A stretch of DNA of 64,000 bases, taken from contig CAWIAU010000001.1 in the NCBI GenBank assembly GCA_963834265.1, positions 588,346 to 652,345 on the forward strand. The letters are read 5' to 3'. The stretch is from an uncultured bacterium (lineage in GTDB: Bacteria > Patescibacteriota > Saccharimonadia > Saccharimonadales > 2-12-FULL-41-12). The translations under genes and the position numbers were made by a program. The notes beneath the pieces were generated by a model. The model searched no databases. It worked only from the letters and a program-made list of their open reading frames with translations, and was not told where the DNA came from. Shown in pieces: positions 10,901 to 20,351 of the stretch (position 1 is its first letter; every line of letters begins with the position of its first letter).

Positions 10901-11741
10901 CATCGTGTTGGGAGTATTCACCTTTGGCATTCGGATAAAACTGCTTAACTTCCGGACCCTTCAGCACCGCCGCATTATCTTTATAGGCCGATAGTACACC
11001 TTCCGGAGACTTGTCATATGTATTCCTGATCATCTTGAACAGACTGTTGGGTTGCTCTTTTCCATCTACGACCCATCCCGCATTGAAGATCTTGTGACGG
11101 CAGTGCTCACTGTTTACCACGGCGAACATCATCAGCTCAACATCGGTCGGATTACGTTTGATAGCTATATATGATCCAGCGAGATATGTTATTTCATCAT
11201 CAGATAGCGCAAGTCCCAGGTTCTTATTAGCTGAATAGAGTGCTTCTTCACCTTCTTTTAATAACGGAATTTCACGGTATGGCTTAGGCACATGCGATTC
11301 GAAAAAGATTGCCGCATGATCAATAGAATCAAATACAGATTCCGTCATACGATCGTGCAACAGCTTGCTGACCTTTGTCCGGTCGAAAGGTGAACCGGCT
11401 TCGACGTAGTATGCGATACCGCGCTCAATGCGTTGTACAACTTCCAGGCCGCTGTTTTTGGCGATATCAGTAGCTTTGGATGACCACGGAGAAATAGTGC
11501 CCAATCGTGGCACGACAAGGAATAATTCTCCGGTTGGTTTATCGGTAAAAGGCGTACCGTAAGTTAACAGAGCCTGTAATTTTTTTCTGTCACTGAGGTT
11601 CAGTTTTCCGGAAATGTCGACAAAATGTATGTACTCCGCTGTAATTCCCTTAATGCCGCTTTGCAGTTCTGCGCACTCTGTCAGTAGTTTTTTCTGTTGA
11701 AATGGGCTAAGTGCCGCGATACCTGCAAATCGCTCTGTCAT
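7908..11741 (-). CDS. purL: Phosphoribosylformylglycinamidine (FGAM) synthase, single-chain large form
   Basis: 1277 aa with an FGAM synthetase core and a C-terminal class I glutamine amidotransferase (LGVCNGCQML, MPHPERA). Confidence 0.95.
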   Translation of the reverse strand: MTERFAGIAALSPFQQKKLLTECAELQSGIKGITAEYIHFVDISGKLNLSDRKKLQALLTYGTPFTDKPTGELFLVVPRLGTISPWSSKATDIAKNSGLEVVQRIERGIAYYVEAGSPFDRTKVSKLLHDRMTESVFDSIDHAAIFFESHVPKPYREIPLLKEGEEALYSANKNLGLALSDDEITYLAGSYIAIKRNPTDVELMMFAVVNSEHCRHKIFNAGWVVDGKEQPNSLFKMIRNTYDKSPEGVLSAYKDNAAVLKGPEVKQFYPNAKGEYSQHDEPAHLVIKAETHNHPTAISPYAGAATGIGGEIRDEGATGRGAESKMGFTGFSVSNLNLKTLPQPWESNYGKPKLFSSPLEIMIEAPLGGAAFANEFGRVNLGGYFRTYEQDVDGSRWGYHKPLMIAGGLGNIRDKYVHKNKITAGDKLIVLGGPAMLIGLGGGAASSMQSGESKDELDFASVQRGNGEMQRRAQEVISACRSDDDNPIISIHDVGAGGLSNALPELVHDNNLGAMIELRKVPCTEPGMTPLEIWCNEAQERYVLAINGKDLLRFENLCKKERCPFAVVGTATDEQNLVVHDELFGNTPVNIPLNLIFGNPPKMIRSFKHVEQQFADISLSKTDLNDAVKRVLHMPAVGSKKFLITIGDRTVGGLSVRDQMTGPWQVPVSDVAVTAASYEGNAGEAMAVGERTPLGLINAPASVRIAVGEALTNIVAAPIAGLSDIKLSANWMAAAGYGSEDEKLFESVKALGEDFCPELGICVPVGKDSLSMRATWEEDGKAKSVSSPLSLIVSAFSPVTDTSKVLTPELKKEISSLIYVDLGLGKNRLGGSSFAQAYNQTGNDSPDIDPDSLRQFFEIIQALSKADKILAYHDRSDGGLFTTLVEMAFAGRCGLDININTSGSEIEKLFSEELGAVIQVAMADEAFVLEKITAALGNHVHAIGRPTKKQDVIIRSNDKEIYRSSRAKLESWWAETSYHVQKLRDNPASARQEFEAIRDNGDPGLSTHVSFKLSENTYKTRPKAAILREQGINGQVEMAAAFEKAGFVAIDVHMSDLISGKHSLDGFSLLAACGGFSYGDVLGAGEGWAKSILFNTKLRQEFRQFFERPDTLSLGVCNGCQMLSALKELIPGTDHWPEFLQNISGRYEARLVSVKISDSPSIFFKDMAGSVLPIPVAHGEGQAVFDANFSSDRVLNDKLVPLQYVNNYGKVTEEYPLNPNGSGKGITALTTRDGRATILMPHPERAFLSKQLSWHPNDWGEESPWFKIFQNAREWLG

Positions 11742-11785
11742 TAACTGATTGTCCCCTTTGTTTCTGATACTAGTATAACAGGGTA

Positions 11786-12883
11786 CTATCGAACAGTTAA
11801 AGTCTTTGAATCAAACGTGATGTTTTTTGGCAGAATGACGACTTGCTTCGGACCGACTTCTACTCGTCCGGCTATCCAGGATTTAAAACCAACTTTAGCA
11901 CTGACTTCCTGAGCTTTCTGTGCGTCAGCTTCCGGTAGATATATAGCGTAGCCGGCGCCCATATTGTAGTTTGCGTACATTTCTTCCGCGTTGTTTCCGC
12001 TCTGCCCTGCTATAAAATCAAATACTTCCTGTGCAGGTGGCACCACATGCATAATATAGCTATATTCCGCTGTGGCGCGCATTAATTTGCGCCAGCCGTG
12101 TCCCGTAATATTCGATAAATAATGAATGTCTATGCCGGCGTTAAACAAAGCCTCCACCAGACCTGCGTACAAATGTGTGGGTGTTGATAATGCTTCACCG
12201 TAGCTTAAATCCCCTGAAAATCTGGTAGCATAACCTTCGGGTAGCTTATGGGCGATTTCTCTCGTCATGCTGATGCCATTGGCATGTACGCCGCTGGATT
12301 CTATCAGTAAAATTACATCACCGGCTTTCAGGTTCTTCTCGCTGACAAGCCGTTTTTTGTCTCTGATCACGCCAAAGGCAGAGCCGGCCAGTTCCAGTCT
12401 GCCATCTTTTACGATTCCTGGTAGTGACTGTGTCTCGCCACCGCCCCATGTAATTTTGGCCTGATCACAGGCCCCTCTCCAGCCTTTTATGAAATCTTCG
12501 GTTATTTTATTATCAGCCAGCCATGCGTAAGAACTCGAAGACCAGTAAGCATTACTGACAACCGGAGTAGCACCGACACTCACCAGATCATTCACAAATG
12601 TAGCTACTGTGTCCTGTGCAATCTGCGCAAAAAATGATTTACCGGTTGCTTCATAAATAGATTGGGTAATAAGGCTTTTGGTACCTAATCCTTCCTGAAC
12701 CAAAGCACCGTACATATCGCCCATATCGAATACATAAGCCGACTCCCCTCGTGTTCCGTCGACTTCTTTGAAGCCAAATGGCATGTTTGAAGCGGTTGCC
12801 AATCCCTCTTTCTGGGCCAGAATCTTAGCCGGATCCGCAACGTCATAGTCGACCATTGCATGATAATCAAGTTTTTTACTCAT
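11786..12883 (-). CDS. purM: Phosphoribosylformylglycinamidine cyclo-ligase (AIR synthase family)
   Basis: AIR-synthase-type blocks (VQEGLGTKSL, WGGGETQS, HGWRK) and a position inside the pur cluster directly after purL. Confidence 0.8.
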   Translation of the reverse strand: MSKKLDYHAMVDYDVADPAKILAQKEGLATASNMPFGFKEVDGTRGESAYVFDMGDMYGALVQEGLGTKSLITQSIYEATGKSFFAQIAQDTVATFVNDLVSVGATPVVSNAYWSSSSYAWLADNKITEDFIKGWRGACDQAKITWGGGETQSLPGIVKDGRLELAGSAFGVIRDKKRLVSEKNLKAGDVILLIESSGVHANGISMTREIAHKLPEGYATRFSGDLSYGEALSTPTHLYAGLVEALFNAGIDIHYLSNITGHGWRKLMRATAEYSYIMHVVPPAQEVFDFIAGQSGNNAEEMYANYNMGAGYAIYLPEADAQKAQEVSAKVGFKSWIAGRVEVGPKQVVILPKNITFDSKTLTVR

Positions 12884-12975
12884 TCAAAGCATCCCCATCT
12901 AATATTAAGTATATACTACAATTACATGACACGGATGGTTATGCTACACTGTTAAGTAATGAGGAAAGCGCTTTA

Positions 12976-13944
12976 GTGAAGACGACTGTAAACCGACGTA
13001 TACAGATTCTGGCAGGCAGTCACCATCCGGAACTTGCCACTAATGTTGCTACAAGACTGGGCATGAAGCTCAGCGGTACAAATCTTCAGCATTTTGCTAA
13101 CGGTGAAATAAAATGTCGTTTGGATGAGTCAGTCCGCGGCTCCGATGTGTTTATCTTTCAGACACATGATAAGCCCGTTGGGGAAGCAATTTTTGAGCAG
13201 GCTATGCTGATAGATGCCGCGAAGCGCGCTTCGGCCAAACATATTACTGCTGTCTGTCCGTTCTTTGGTTATGCCCGTCAGGATCGCAAGTCAGCAGGAC
13301 GCGAGCCCATTACAGCACGTCTGGTTGTTGATATGCTGGCTGTTGCCGGTGCACATCGGATCGTGGGGGTTGATCTGCACTCCGGACAGATTCAGGGCTT
13401 CTTTAACGGTCCTTTTGATCACTTAGTTGCCTTACCCGCTTTGGCTGCTCATCTGAAAGAACGATTCGGCAAAGACTGCATGGTTGTGTCTCCTGACGCC
13501 GGCCGCGTGAAGCTGACCGAACGCTACGCATCACGTCTCGGCGTTGATCTGGCAATAGTACATAAAAAAAGACCGGGCAACAATCAATCTAAAGTTCTTG
13601 GCATCATCGGCGACGTACGGGACCAACACTGTATTATTGTAGATGACATGATCGATACAGGGGGCACACTTTGCGCTGCAGCGGCAGCACTTATGGAAAA
13701 TGGTGCCAAATCAGTGTCCGCTGTTGCGACCCATGGTTTGTTTTCTGAGCCGGCTATCGAACGTCTCAAGGTCTCGCCTATAATAAATATTATAGTCACA
13801 GACACGCTTCCATTGCCTAATCATGGCAACCCGCTCTCAAATGTCGAGGTAGTATCTGTTGTTGATCTGATCGCTGATGCCATACAGGCAATTTTTGAAA
13901 AAGGCTCCGTTTCTGCCATATTTGACGGCGAGCACCACCACTAA
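12976..13944 (+). CDS. prs: Ribose-phosphate pyrophosphokinase
   Basis: Motifs GSHHPELA, DLHSGQIQGFF and the PRPP loop VDDMIDTGGT. The GTG start at 12976 is preceded by GAGGA. The longer ATG-12856 version would overlap purM and add a non-homologous N-terminus. Confidence 0.9.
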   Translation: MKTTVNRRIQILAGSHHPELATNVATRLGMKLSGTNLQHFANGEIKCRLDESVRGSDVFIFQTHDKPVGEAIFEQAMLIDAAKRASAKHITAVCPFFGYARQDRKSAGREPITARLVVDMLAVAGAHRIVGVDLHSGQIQGFFNGPFDHLVALPALAAHLKERFGKDCMVVSPDAGRVKLTERYASRLGVDLAIVHKKRPGNNQSKVLGIIGDVRDQHCIIVDDMIDTGGTLCAAAAALMENGAKSVSAVATHGLFSEPAIERLKVSPIINIIVTDTLPLPNHGNPLSNVEVVSVVDLIADAIQAIFEKGSVSAIFDGEHHH

Positions 13945-13963
13945 ATTTTAAGGCTGATCCGGA

Positions 13964-14794
13964 ATGCCGTATAAATTTTTTTCTAAAAACGGGCAGGTTT
14001 TGCCTGCCCGTCAGGCAGTAGTCCCGATAGATAATATTGCATTTGCCTATGGCTTCGGCGTTTACGAGACGATTCGTGTAGATAAAGGAACTATTTATTT
14101 TCCCAATGAACACCTGGGTCGGTTATTGCAATCGGCTCAAATAATCGGTCTTGAACATCGATTTAATATTGCCGGCATTAATGATTCTATTAGCGAGCTT
14201 ATTCAGAAAAATAAGACGGATACCTGCAATATTAAAATTTTGCTAGTCGGTGGTGCCTCAAAAGATCAGGCAAACCTGTATATTATGTGCCTAAATCCGC
14301 TGTTTCCGGACCGCAAACTTTATCGTGATGGCGCCAAACTTATAACATACGAAGCAGAACGACCATTCGCACATGCAAAAAGTCTGAATATGTTACAAAG
14401 CTATCTTGCTTATCGTCAGGCAAAAGAGAATGATGCATATGATGCCCTGCTGATTGATCGAAACGGGCATATTACGGAAGGAACACGTACCAATTTCTTT
14501 GTTGTTATCGGCAGAACACTAATCAGCCCGCCGGAAGATAAAATATTAATGGGTGTTATGCGCAAAATAGTGCTGAAAGTAGCTCAGGAAAATAACTTTA
14601 AGATCAGACAGTTCAGTATTAAACCAACTGATCTGGAAAACTATGATAGTGCATTCCTTACCAGCACTTCATCCAAAATAATGCCTGTAAAATCGATAGA
14701 CGGTAATATTTTTACAAATAGTTCACCCGAACTTCGTGAATTAATGAAAATGACCGGAGAATTTTTAACGAATTGTAAGGGTGAGCTAAGCTAA
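13964..14794 (+). CDS. Class IV PLP-dependent aminotransferase (aminodeoxychorismate lyase / D-amino-acid or branched-chain aminotransferase family)
   Basis: Motifs FAYGFGVYE, the Lys region HAKSLNML and EGTRTNFF. Confidence 0.8.
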   Translation: MPYKFFSKNGQVLPARQAVVPIDNIAFAYGFGVYETIRVDKGTIYFPNEHLGRLLQSAQIIGLEHRFNIAGINDSISELIQKNKTDTCNIKILLVGGASKDQANLYIMCLNPLFPDRKLYRDGAKLITYEAERPFAHAKSLNMLQSYLAYRQAKENDAYDALLIDRNGHITEGTRTNFFVVIGRTLISPPEDKILMGVMRKIVLKVAQENNFKIRQFSIKPTDLENYDSAFLTSTSSKIMPVKSIDGNIFTNSSPELRELMKMTGEFLTNCKGELS

Positions 14795-16054
14795 CCGTCG
14801 ACCGATGTCTGTACGATATTGCATGCCTTCGAATTTTACAACATCTATAGCCTTGTATGCTCTGGAAAGCGCTAGATCCAGCGTATCACCTGTGGCTGTA
14901 ATGGCCAGCACGCGGCCGCCGGCGGTTTTGAAGCCATCCTCATCCTTTGTGGTGCCAGCGTGAAATACGACTATATCATCCATTTCCCCCACCTCGTCTA
15001 AACCACTGATAGGTAATCCCTTTGTACAATCCCCAGGATAACCGTCGGAAGCCATAACTACGCAGACGGCAAATCCTGAGCGCCAGAAAATTTGACTTGG
15101 ATCGAGCGTACCGTTGACGCAAGCAGTTAAGATTTCGTACAGATCGCAGTCGAGCAACCTCATATAGACTTCGGCTTCCGGATCGCCGAAGCGGGCGTTA
15201 AACTCTATTACTTTCGGATTGTCACCGTCAATCATTAACCCCGGATACAAACAGCCGATAAACGGCGTTCCCATAGATGCTAAGCCGTTTAAGGCCGGCG
15301 CTACAACTGCATTCCTTACCTGCTTCATGTGTGATTCCGTGACCCATGGGACCGGCGCAATTACGCCCATGCCGCCGGTATTCGGTCCTTTGTCGCCGTC
15401 ATAAATCTGTTTATGATCCTGTGAGCTCGGAAATAACACAAAATTCTGTCCATCCGATAGTGCATGTGTAGAAACTTCCTGTCCCTTCAGAAAGTCTTCG
15501 ATAACAACTTTGGATCCGGCTTCGCCAAAAATTTTCTGAATCATTATCTGGTCGATTACTTCCTGCACCTGATTGAATGTCTCGCATATTACTACGCCCT
15601 TACCGGCGGCCAGACCATCGGCCTTAATCACCACCGGCAATGGCCGGCTTTTTGCATATTCTAAGGTTGCAACAGGATCATTAAAGTTTTTATATTCTGC
15701 AGTTGGAATATTCTGTTTTTCCATCAGATCTTTAGAAAAAGTCTTGGATGATTCAATTAGTGTGGCCGCCTTCGTTGATCCGAAGATCTGCATACCAGCA
15801 GCCTGAAAAGCGTCGACTACTCCGGCTTCAGAGGCAACCTCCTGGCCAACAACCGTGAAATCAATATTGTTCTGCTGTGCAAACTCCAGAAGTTTTCCGA
15901 CATCAGTAAATCCGATTGGCACATTCTCTGCAACCAGAGCAGTGCCTGCGTTTCCGGGAGCTACGTATATTTTGTTCACATGTTTTGATTGTTTCAGCTT
16001 CCACGCCAAAGCATGTTCCCGTCCTCCGCCGCCAATTATAAGTATAGCGGCCAT
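14786..16054 (-). CDS. purD: Phosphoribosylamine-glycine ligase
   Basis: Motifs ILIIGGGGREHALAWKL and GDKGPNTGGMG, with ATP-grasp architecture. Confidence 0.95.
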   Translation of the reverse strand: MAAILIIGGGGREHALAWKLKQSKHVNKIYVAPGNAGTALVAENVPIGFTDVGKLLEFAQQNNIDFTVVGQEVASEAGVVDAFQAAGMQIFGSTKAATLIESSKTFSKDLMEKQNIPTAEYKNFNDPVATLEYAKSRPLPVVIKADGLAAGKGVVICETFNQVQEVIDQIMIQKIFGEAGSKVVIEDFLKGQEVSTHALSDGQNFVLFPSSQDHKQIYDGDKGPNTGGMGVIAPVPWVTESHMKQVRNAVVAPALNGLASMGTPFIGCLYPGLMIDGDNPKVIEFNARFGDPEAEVYMRLLDCDLYEILTACVNGTLDPSQIFWRSGFAVCVVMASDGYPGDCTKGLPISGLDEVGEMDDIVVFHAGTTKDEDGFKTAGGRVLAITATGDTLDLALSRAYKAIDVVKFEGMQYRTDIGRRLA

Positions 16055-16057
16055 AGA

Positions 16058-16750
16058 TTATAGCTCCTTTCTGCTAAGAAATTCCTGCCGATTTTTTATA
16101 AAATCAGCCAGATCTCCGGCAATATATTGCTTTTCTACCGCCTGCACGCGTTTCTGCAAACTTTGCGGCGTATCATCTGGCGTAACCACGGTTTTATGTT
16201 CGACAACAGCCGGTCCTTCGTCGTAATCATTCGCCACGACATGTAGCGTTTGTCCGGCATAAGAAAGTCGCTCAGCAATTACATAGTCTGCGACCAGCAT
16301 TCCGTGGAGCCCTTTTGTCTCAGGCAAAAGCCCCGGGTGTGTATTAAGCATGCGACTTTGGTATGCTTTGGTATATTCCGGACGCCAGCCGAATTTATGT
16401 ACCAGATTAGGACCAATTTTTTTCATATAACCCAGAAGCACGATCAGATCGAAGTTTCCTTTGCCAAGTAAATTTAGCAGAGCTAATTCTTCGCTCACTG
16501 TTTGACAGCCAGGTGTGACTATCTCGTCCGGTTTAGCCGGATGAGTAAGCCTGCTGATGTAGCATGATTCAACAGATAGCTTTAGTTCATGATTCAGGTC
16601 AGCAATTTTTTTGAATACCCCGGCTGATTTATTATTAGAAATAACCATCCTGACGCGCGGGGCATCGCTATGCCCTGCCCAGGCACGAATAATTGTCTCC
16701 GTTGTTGTGCCTTCGCCTGACGCCAGAACAGCAACAGACGGATTTTTCAT
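16058..16750 (-). CDS. purN: Phosphoribosylglycinamide formyltransferase
   Basis: Formyltransferase motif LNTHPGLLP. The gene is tightly packed between purF and purD. Confidence 0.85.
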   Translation of the reverse strand: MKNPSVAVLASGEGTTTETIIRAWAGHSDAPRVRMVISNNKSAGVFKKIADLNHELKLSVESCYISRLTHPAKPDEIVTPGCQTVSEELALLNLLGKGNFDLIVLLGYMKKIGPNLVHKFGWRPEYTKAYQSRMLNTHPGLLPETKGLHGMLVADYVIAERLSYAGQTLHVVANDYDEGPAVVEHKTVVTPDDTPQSLQKRVQAVEKQYIAGDLADFIKNRQEFLSRKEL

Positions 16751-18255
16751 ATGTTAATTTTTTTTACAGAGTCGACAGGCTGGAATTTTACCGCTGTATC
16801 ATTATGTACAGGATTATGTGTTGCGGCCCCGGTTTTGATCATCTTTATTCCCTTTGCACGTTTGCCGATACTTATCGGATAAATGCCGTCGAAACATGAT
16901 GTAGAAAAAGTATCGCCCGGCAAACCTGTAGCCTCAATCATGCCATCATATGACAAAAAGTGCAATGAGTCAGCTCCCAGATATTCACACATTTCAGCTA
17001 CGCTCATCCCGGCACCTATAAGCTCTGATTGATCGGGTGTGTTAATACCATAAAAATCAGGGTATCTGATGGGCGGACAGGTGATCAACAGGTGCAACTC
17101 TTTGGCACCGGCATCTTTTAGCATCTGCACAACCTGTCGTACGGTTGTGCCACGGACGATCGAATCATCTACCATAACAACCCGTCGTCCCTTGATACTA
17201 CCTACCACAGGATTAAGTTTAATTTTAAGATCGCGCTTGCGAAGCTCCTCTGTCGGTCTGATAAAGGTACGGTTGATGTACCGGTTTTTGATAAGTCCCA
17301 TCTCGAAGCGCATACCTGTTCCCTGTGAATAGCCCAGAGCCGCCGGTATACCGGAGTCCGGCACCGGCACAACAATATCGGCATCAATCGGGAATTCCCT
17401 GGCCATCTGACGTCCGAAATTTTCACGTACGTGATGCACGTTACGCCCCATGAGTACACTGTCAGGTCGGGCAAAATAAACGAATTCAAATATATCCAGC
17501 TTTGGATTTGGTTTTGCGACCTGATGTGATGTCAGACCATTTTTATCTATAACAACCAGCTCGCCGGGTGCTACATCCCGCAAGAAGGTTGCTCCCACCG
17601 TATCCAGTGCACAGGTCTCAGAAGCAATAACGTACCCTCCTTTTGGCAATGTTCCGATAGACAGCGGCCGGATACCGCATACATCACGAAATGCAATCAG
17701 TTTATCGGCATCAAGAGCCAGTGAAGAGAATACTCCTGTAAATAGCGGGTAAGCTTTGATAATAGCTTGTTCCAGACTCTCTCCGTCAATCATATAACAT
17801 TCAATAGCCTTGCTCATCATCAGGGAATCATTTAATAAATCTGTGTCAATCCCCCTGTCTTTCAAAAACTCTTCAAGTCTGGTCCAGTCGGGCAGATTAC
17901 CGTTGTGGGCATATGCAAACTGAGTGTTTTCGTCGACACTTATCACCGGCTGGTTAAAGAAGGTGTCAGTACCTCCGGATGTTGAGTAACGATTGTGTCC
18001 GATTGCCAGAAGTCCGGGCAAATTATCCAGATCTTCATCTTTGTACACATTTGATACCAAACCAAAGCCGGTATGGCGATGCAGCTTTTTACCGTCAGAA
18101 CTTGCTATACCTGAGCTTTCCTGTCCACGATGCTGCAAAGCCCAAAGGCCGTAAAATGATAATCTGGCAGCCTCGGGCGCACCATAAACTCCGAAAACAG
18201 CGCATTTTTCCTGAAGTCCTAAATCTTTGGAAATATTAAATCCTGTCGCCGACAT
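16747..18255 (-). CDS. purF: Amidophosphoribosyltransferase
   Basis: Ntn Cys after a propeptide (EKCAVFGVYG) and the PRTase motif VVMVDDSIVRGTT. Confidence 0.95.
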   Translation of the reverse strand: MSATGFNISKDLGLQEKCAVFGVYGAPEAARLSFYGLWALQHRGQESSGIASSDGKKLHRHTGFGLVSNVYKDEDLDNLPGLLAIGHNRYSTSGGTDTFFNQPVISVDENTQFAYAHNGNLPDWTRLEEFLKDRGIDTDLLNDSLMMSKAIECYMIDGESLEQAIIKAYPLFTGVFSSLALDADKLIAFRDVCGIRPLSIGTLPKGGYVIASETCALDTVGATFLRDVAPGELVVIDKNGLTSHQVAKPNPKLDIFEFVYFARPDSVLMGRNVHHVRENFGRQMAREFPIDADIVVPVPDSGIPAALGYSQGTGMRFEMGLIKNRYINRTFIRPTEELRKRDLKIKLNPVVGSIKGRRVVMVDDSIVRGTTVRQVVQMLKDAGAKELHLLITCPPIRYPDFYGINTPDQSELIGAGMSVAEMCEYLGADSLHFLSYDGMIEATGLPGDTFSTSCFDGIYPISIGKRAKGIKMIKTGAATHNPVHNDTAVKFQPVDSVKKINI

Positions 18256-18310
18256 TTATCCCCTTTTTCATTTAACCCTCGTGCACCAACAATTACTTCA
18301 ATTATAACAT

Positions 18311-19135
18311 TTACGCTTTTGTAGCTGCAAGAGTGGTTTGCCTCAGCAGGATTGCGGTAGTAACCGGCCCTACTCCGCCCGGCACAGGGGATAACGTTAT
18401 ATCTTTATCCTGAAAAGCTTGTTCGTCTACATCGCCAACCAGATTGCCTGCTACGTCAACATTTGTTCCGACATCAATCACAACTGAGTCTTTGCCTACG
18501 AAGTCACTGGTTACAAATTTTGCTTTGCCTATAGCTACTACCAATACATCTGCCTGACGGGCGACATCGGCCAGATCTTTTGTACGTGAGTGACAGATGG
18601 TGACTGTGGCATTCTGATCCAGCAGTAAATGCGCCACAGGCTTGCCGACAACACGGCTGCGCCCTATTACAACGGCTTGTTTGCCTTTCAGATCAACTTG
18701 GTGAGACCTGAGCAATTCCATTATGGCCAGAGCTGTAGCCGGAGCAAAGGCTTCAAGTCCGCTGACTAATCTGCCCAGACTTACAGGATTAGCACCATCA
18801 ATATCTTTGGCGACAGGTATAAGTTCCAGTAAACTATCGATATCTACATTCTCAGGTAGCGGAGTTTGAAGTATTATACCGTGAATGTTTTTATCATTGG
18901 CTATACGAACAAGCTCACCGGCAATCCCGACCTGCGTAGCATCAGAACCCAGGTCAATAATTTTACATTCTATACCAACCTGTTCAGCTTTTTTGGCTAT
19001 AGAACGAACATACCATTGTGCTGATTCGTCATCCGTTGCAACAATTATGGCCAGCGTCACAGATTTTTGTGCGGCCAGCACAGCGGTTTCTTCCAGGATG
19101 GATTTTGCCAGGCTACGGCCATCCAGCAGATTCAT
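18311..19135 (-). CDS. folD: Bifunctional methylenetetrahydrofolate dehydrogenase / methenyl-THF cyclohydrolase
   Basis: Motifs GRSRVVGKPVAHLL and SPVPGGVGPVTTA. Confidence 0.95.
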   Translation of the reverse strand: MNLLDGRSLAKSILEETAVLAAQKSVTLAIIVATDDESAQWYVRSIAKKAEQVGIECKIIDLGSDATQVGIAGELVRIANDKNIHGIILQTPLPENVDIDSLLELIPVAKDIDGANPVSLGRLVSGLEAFAPATALAIMELLRSHQVDLKGKQAVVIGRSRVVGKPVAHLLLDQNATVTICHSRTKDLADVARQADVLVVAIGKAKFVTSDFVGKDSVVIDVGTNVDVAGNLVGDVDEQAFQDKDITLSPVPGGVGPVTTAILLRQTTLAATKA

Positions 19136-19761
19136 CAGATATTTTTTCCGATCTTGCCGCGAACCTGTTCTACCACCATGTTGGCAATACTCATGGCATT
19201 TGCAGCGTCGTGAATTGCCCCGCTAAGCGTTCTTTTGACTTCCTCATCTGTAATTGCCTGCCGGTTAATTTCTATATTAACTATCGAAGACTCAAGTGCC
19301 GAGCTGGCCATACTCGCTGCCACAGCTACATCGGATATGACATTCGGGTTGCCGGCTTCTACCAACTCTACACAGATTTCTACGAGGCGTCGTGTTAACT
19401 GGGCAATTTTTACCGGAGGCTCAGCTGCTCCGGAAAGTGCTGCCTGGATAGCTTCTGCTTTAGCTACTTTTTCTTCTGTAGATTCACCCGGAAGTTTGTA
19501 GGCGTCACCCACTCCTGCATAGGCATTTGCATCCTCCGAAGCAAGTGCCAGTGCCTGCAAACGCAGGGTTTGCGCCTGAGCAGCTAAGTCGCTCATTCTT
19601 ACTTCACGGTCCGCCCATTTCGGTCCTGTAGTATAAATCGTAACCATACCGATCAGTCCTGCAGATGTAGCCGCTGCTATAGCAGCTACTGCCCCGCCCC
19701 CCGGAGTAGGTGTTCTTGCTGCCAACTCGCTCAACCAGTCTTCTAAAGTTTGTTGATTCAT
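19135..19761 (-). CDS. Cyclodeaminase/cyclohydrolase family protein (FTCD C-terminal domain type, FchA-like)
   Basis: An all-helical protein with RTPTPGGGAVAAIAAATSAGL. Its stop overlaps the folD start (TGATG). Confidence 0.8.
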   Translation of the reverse strand: MNQQTLEDWLSELAARTPTPGGGAVAAIAAATSAGLIGMVTIYTTGPKWADREVRMSDLAAQAQTLRLQALALASEDANAYAGVGDAYKLPGESTEEKVAKAEAIQAALSGAAEPPVKIAQLTRRLVEICVELVEAGNPNVISDVAVAASMASSALESSIVNIEINRQAITDEEVKRTLSGAIHDAANAMSIANMVVEQVRGKIGKNI

Positions 19762-19770
19762 ATTAATAAC

Positions 19771-20274
19771 TTATCCGATTATTTTTTGCCAGCCTTCGGA
19801 CTGAAGCTTCTGGTCTGATTCTAATACCTTGTCGTGTTGTTCTTTTCGAAACGCAGCGTAGCGAATTGCCAGTTCAGGATTATTAAGCGCAAGGACTTCT
19901 ATAGCGAAAAGACCAGCGTTTTTACCACCATTTTCGGGCATTGTTGCAAGTGGTATGCCGGGAGGCATGGCTACATTCGAAAACAAAGCTTCGTGATCAT
20001 GTCCGTCACGCTTTACAGGAATAGCCAGCACAGGAAGGATTGTGTTGGCTGCCATTACGCCTGCCAGATGTGAAGACATGCCCGCACCCGCGATAATAAT
20101 TTTGAGACCACGGTCAGATGCTGTACGAACCCATTCTACTGCTTCATCCGGAGTGCGGTGAGCTGATAACACACGGATTTCGTATTCAATGCCAAACTCT
20201 TCCAGTACTTTTGCCGAAGCGCTAAAAATATCCAGATCAGAAATCGATCCCATTACAATGCCTGCCTGTGCCAT
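19771..20274 (-). CDS. purE: 5-(carboxyamino)imidazole ribonucleotide mutase family (PurE)
   Basis: Motifs GSISDLD, SAHRTPD and AGMSSHLAGV. The start at 20274 has AAGGAG 9 nt upstream. The longer ORF to 20364 would overlap purC. Confidence 0.9.
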   Translation of the reverse strand: MAQAGIVMGSISDLDIFSASAKVLEEFGIEYEIRVLSAHRTPDEAVEWVRTASDRGLKIIIAGAGMSSHLAGVMAANTILPVLAIPVKRDGHDHEALFSNVAMPPGIPLATMPENGGKNAGLFAIEVLALNNPELAIRYAAFRKEQHDKVLESDQKLQSEGWQKIIG

Positions 20275-20351
20275 AGTATTTTTCTCCTTTATAGTATTCA
20301 TAATAGCAGAAGCTTTACCCGCGTGCTTCAAAAAGTTACAATAGAAATAAC

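Noticed and set aside
12856-12975. Long N-terminal extension of prs from ATG 12856.
   Set aside because: It overlaps the purM start on the opposite strand and adds 40 residues with no Prs homology. The GTG at 12976, with an upstream GAGGA, gives the canonical N-terminus.
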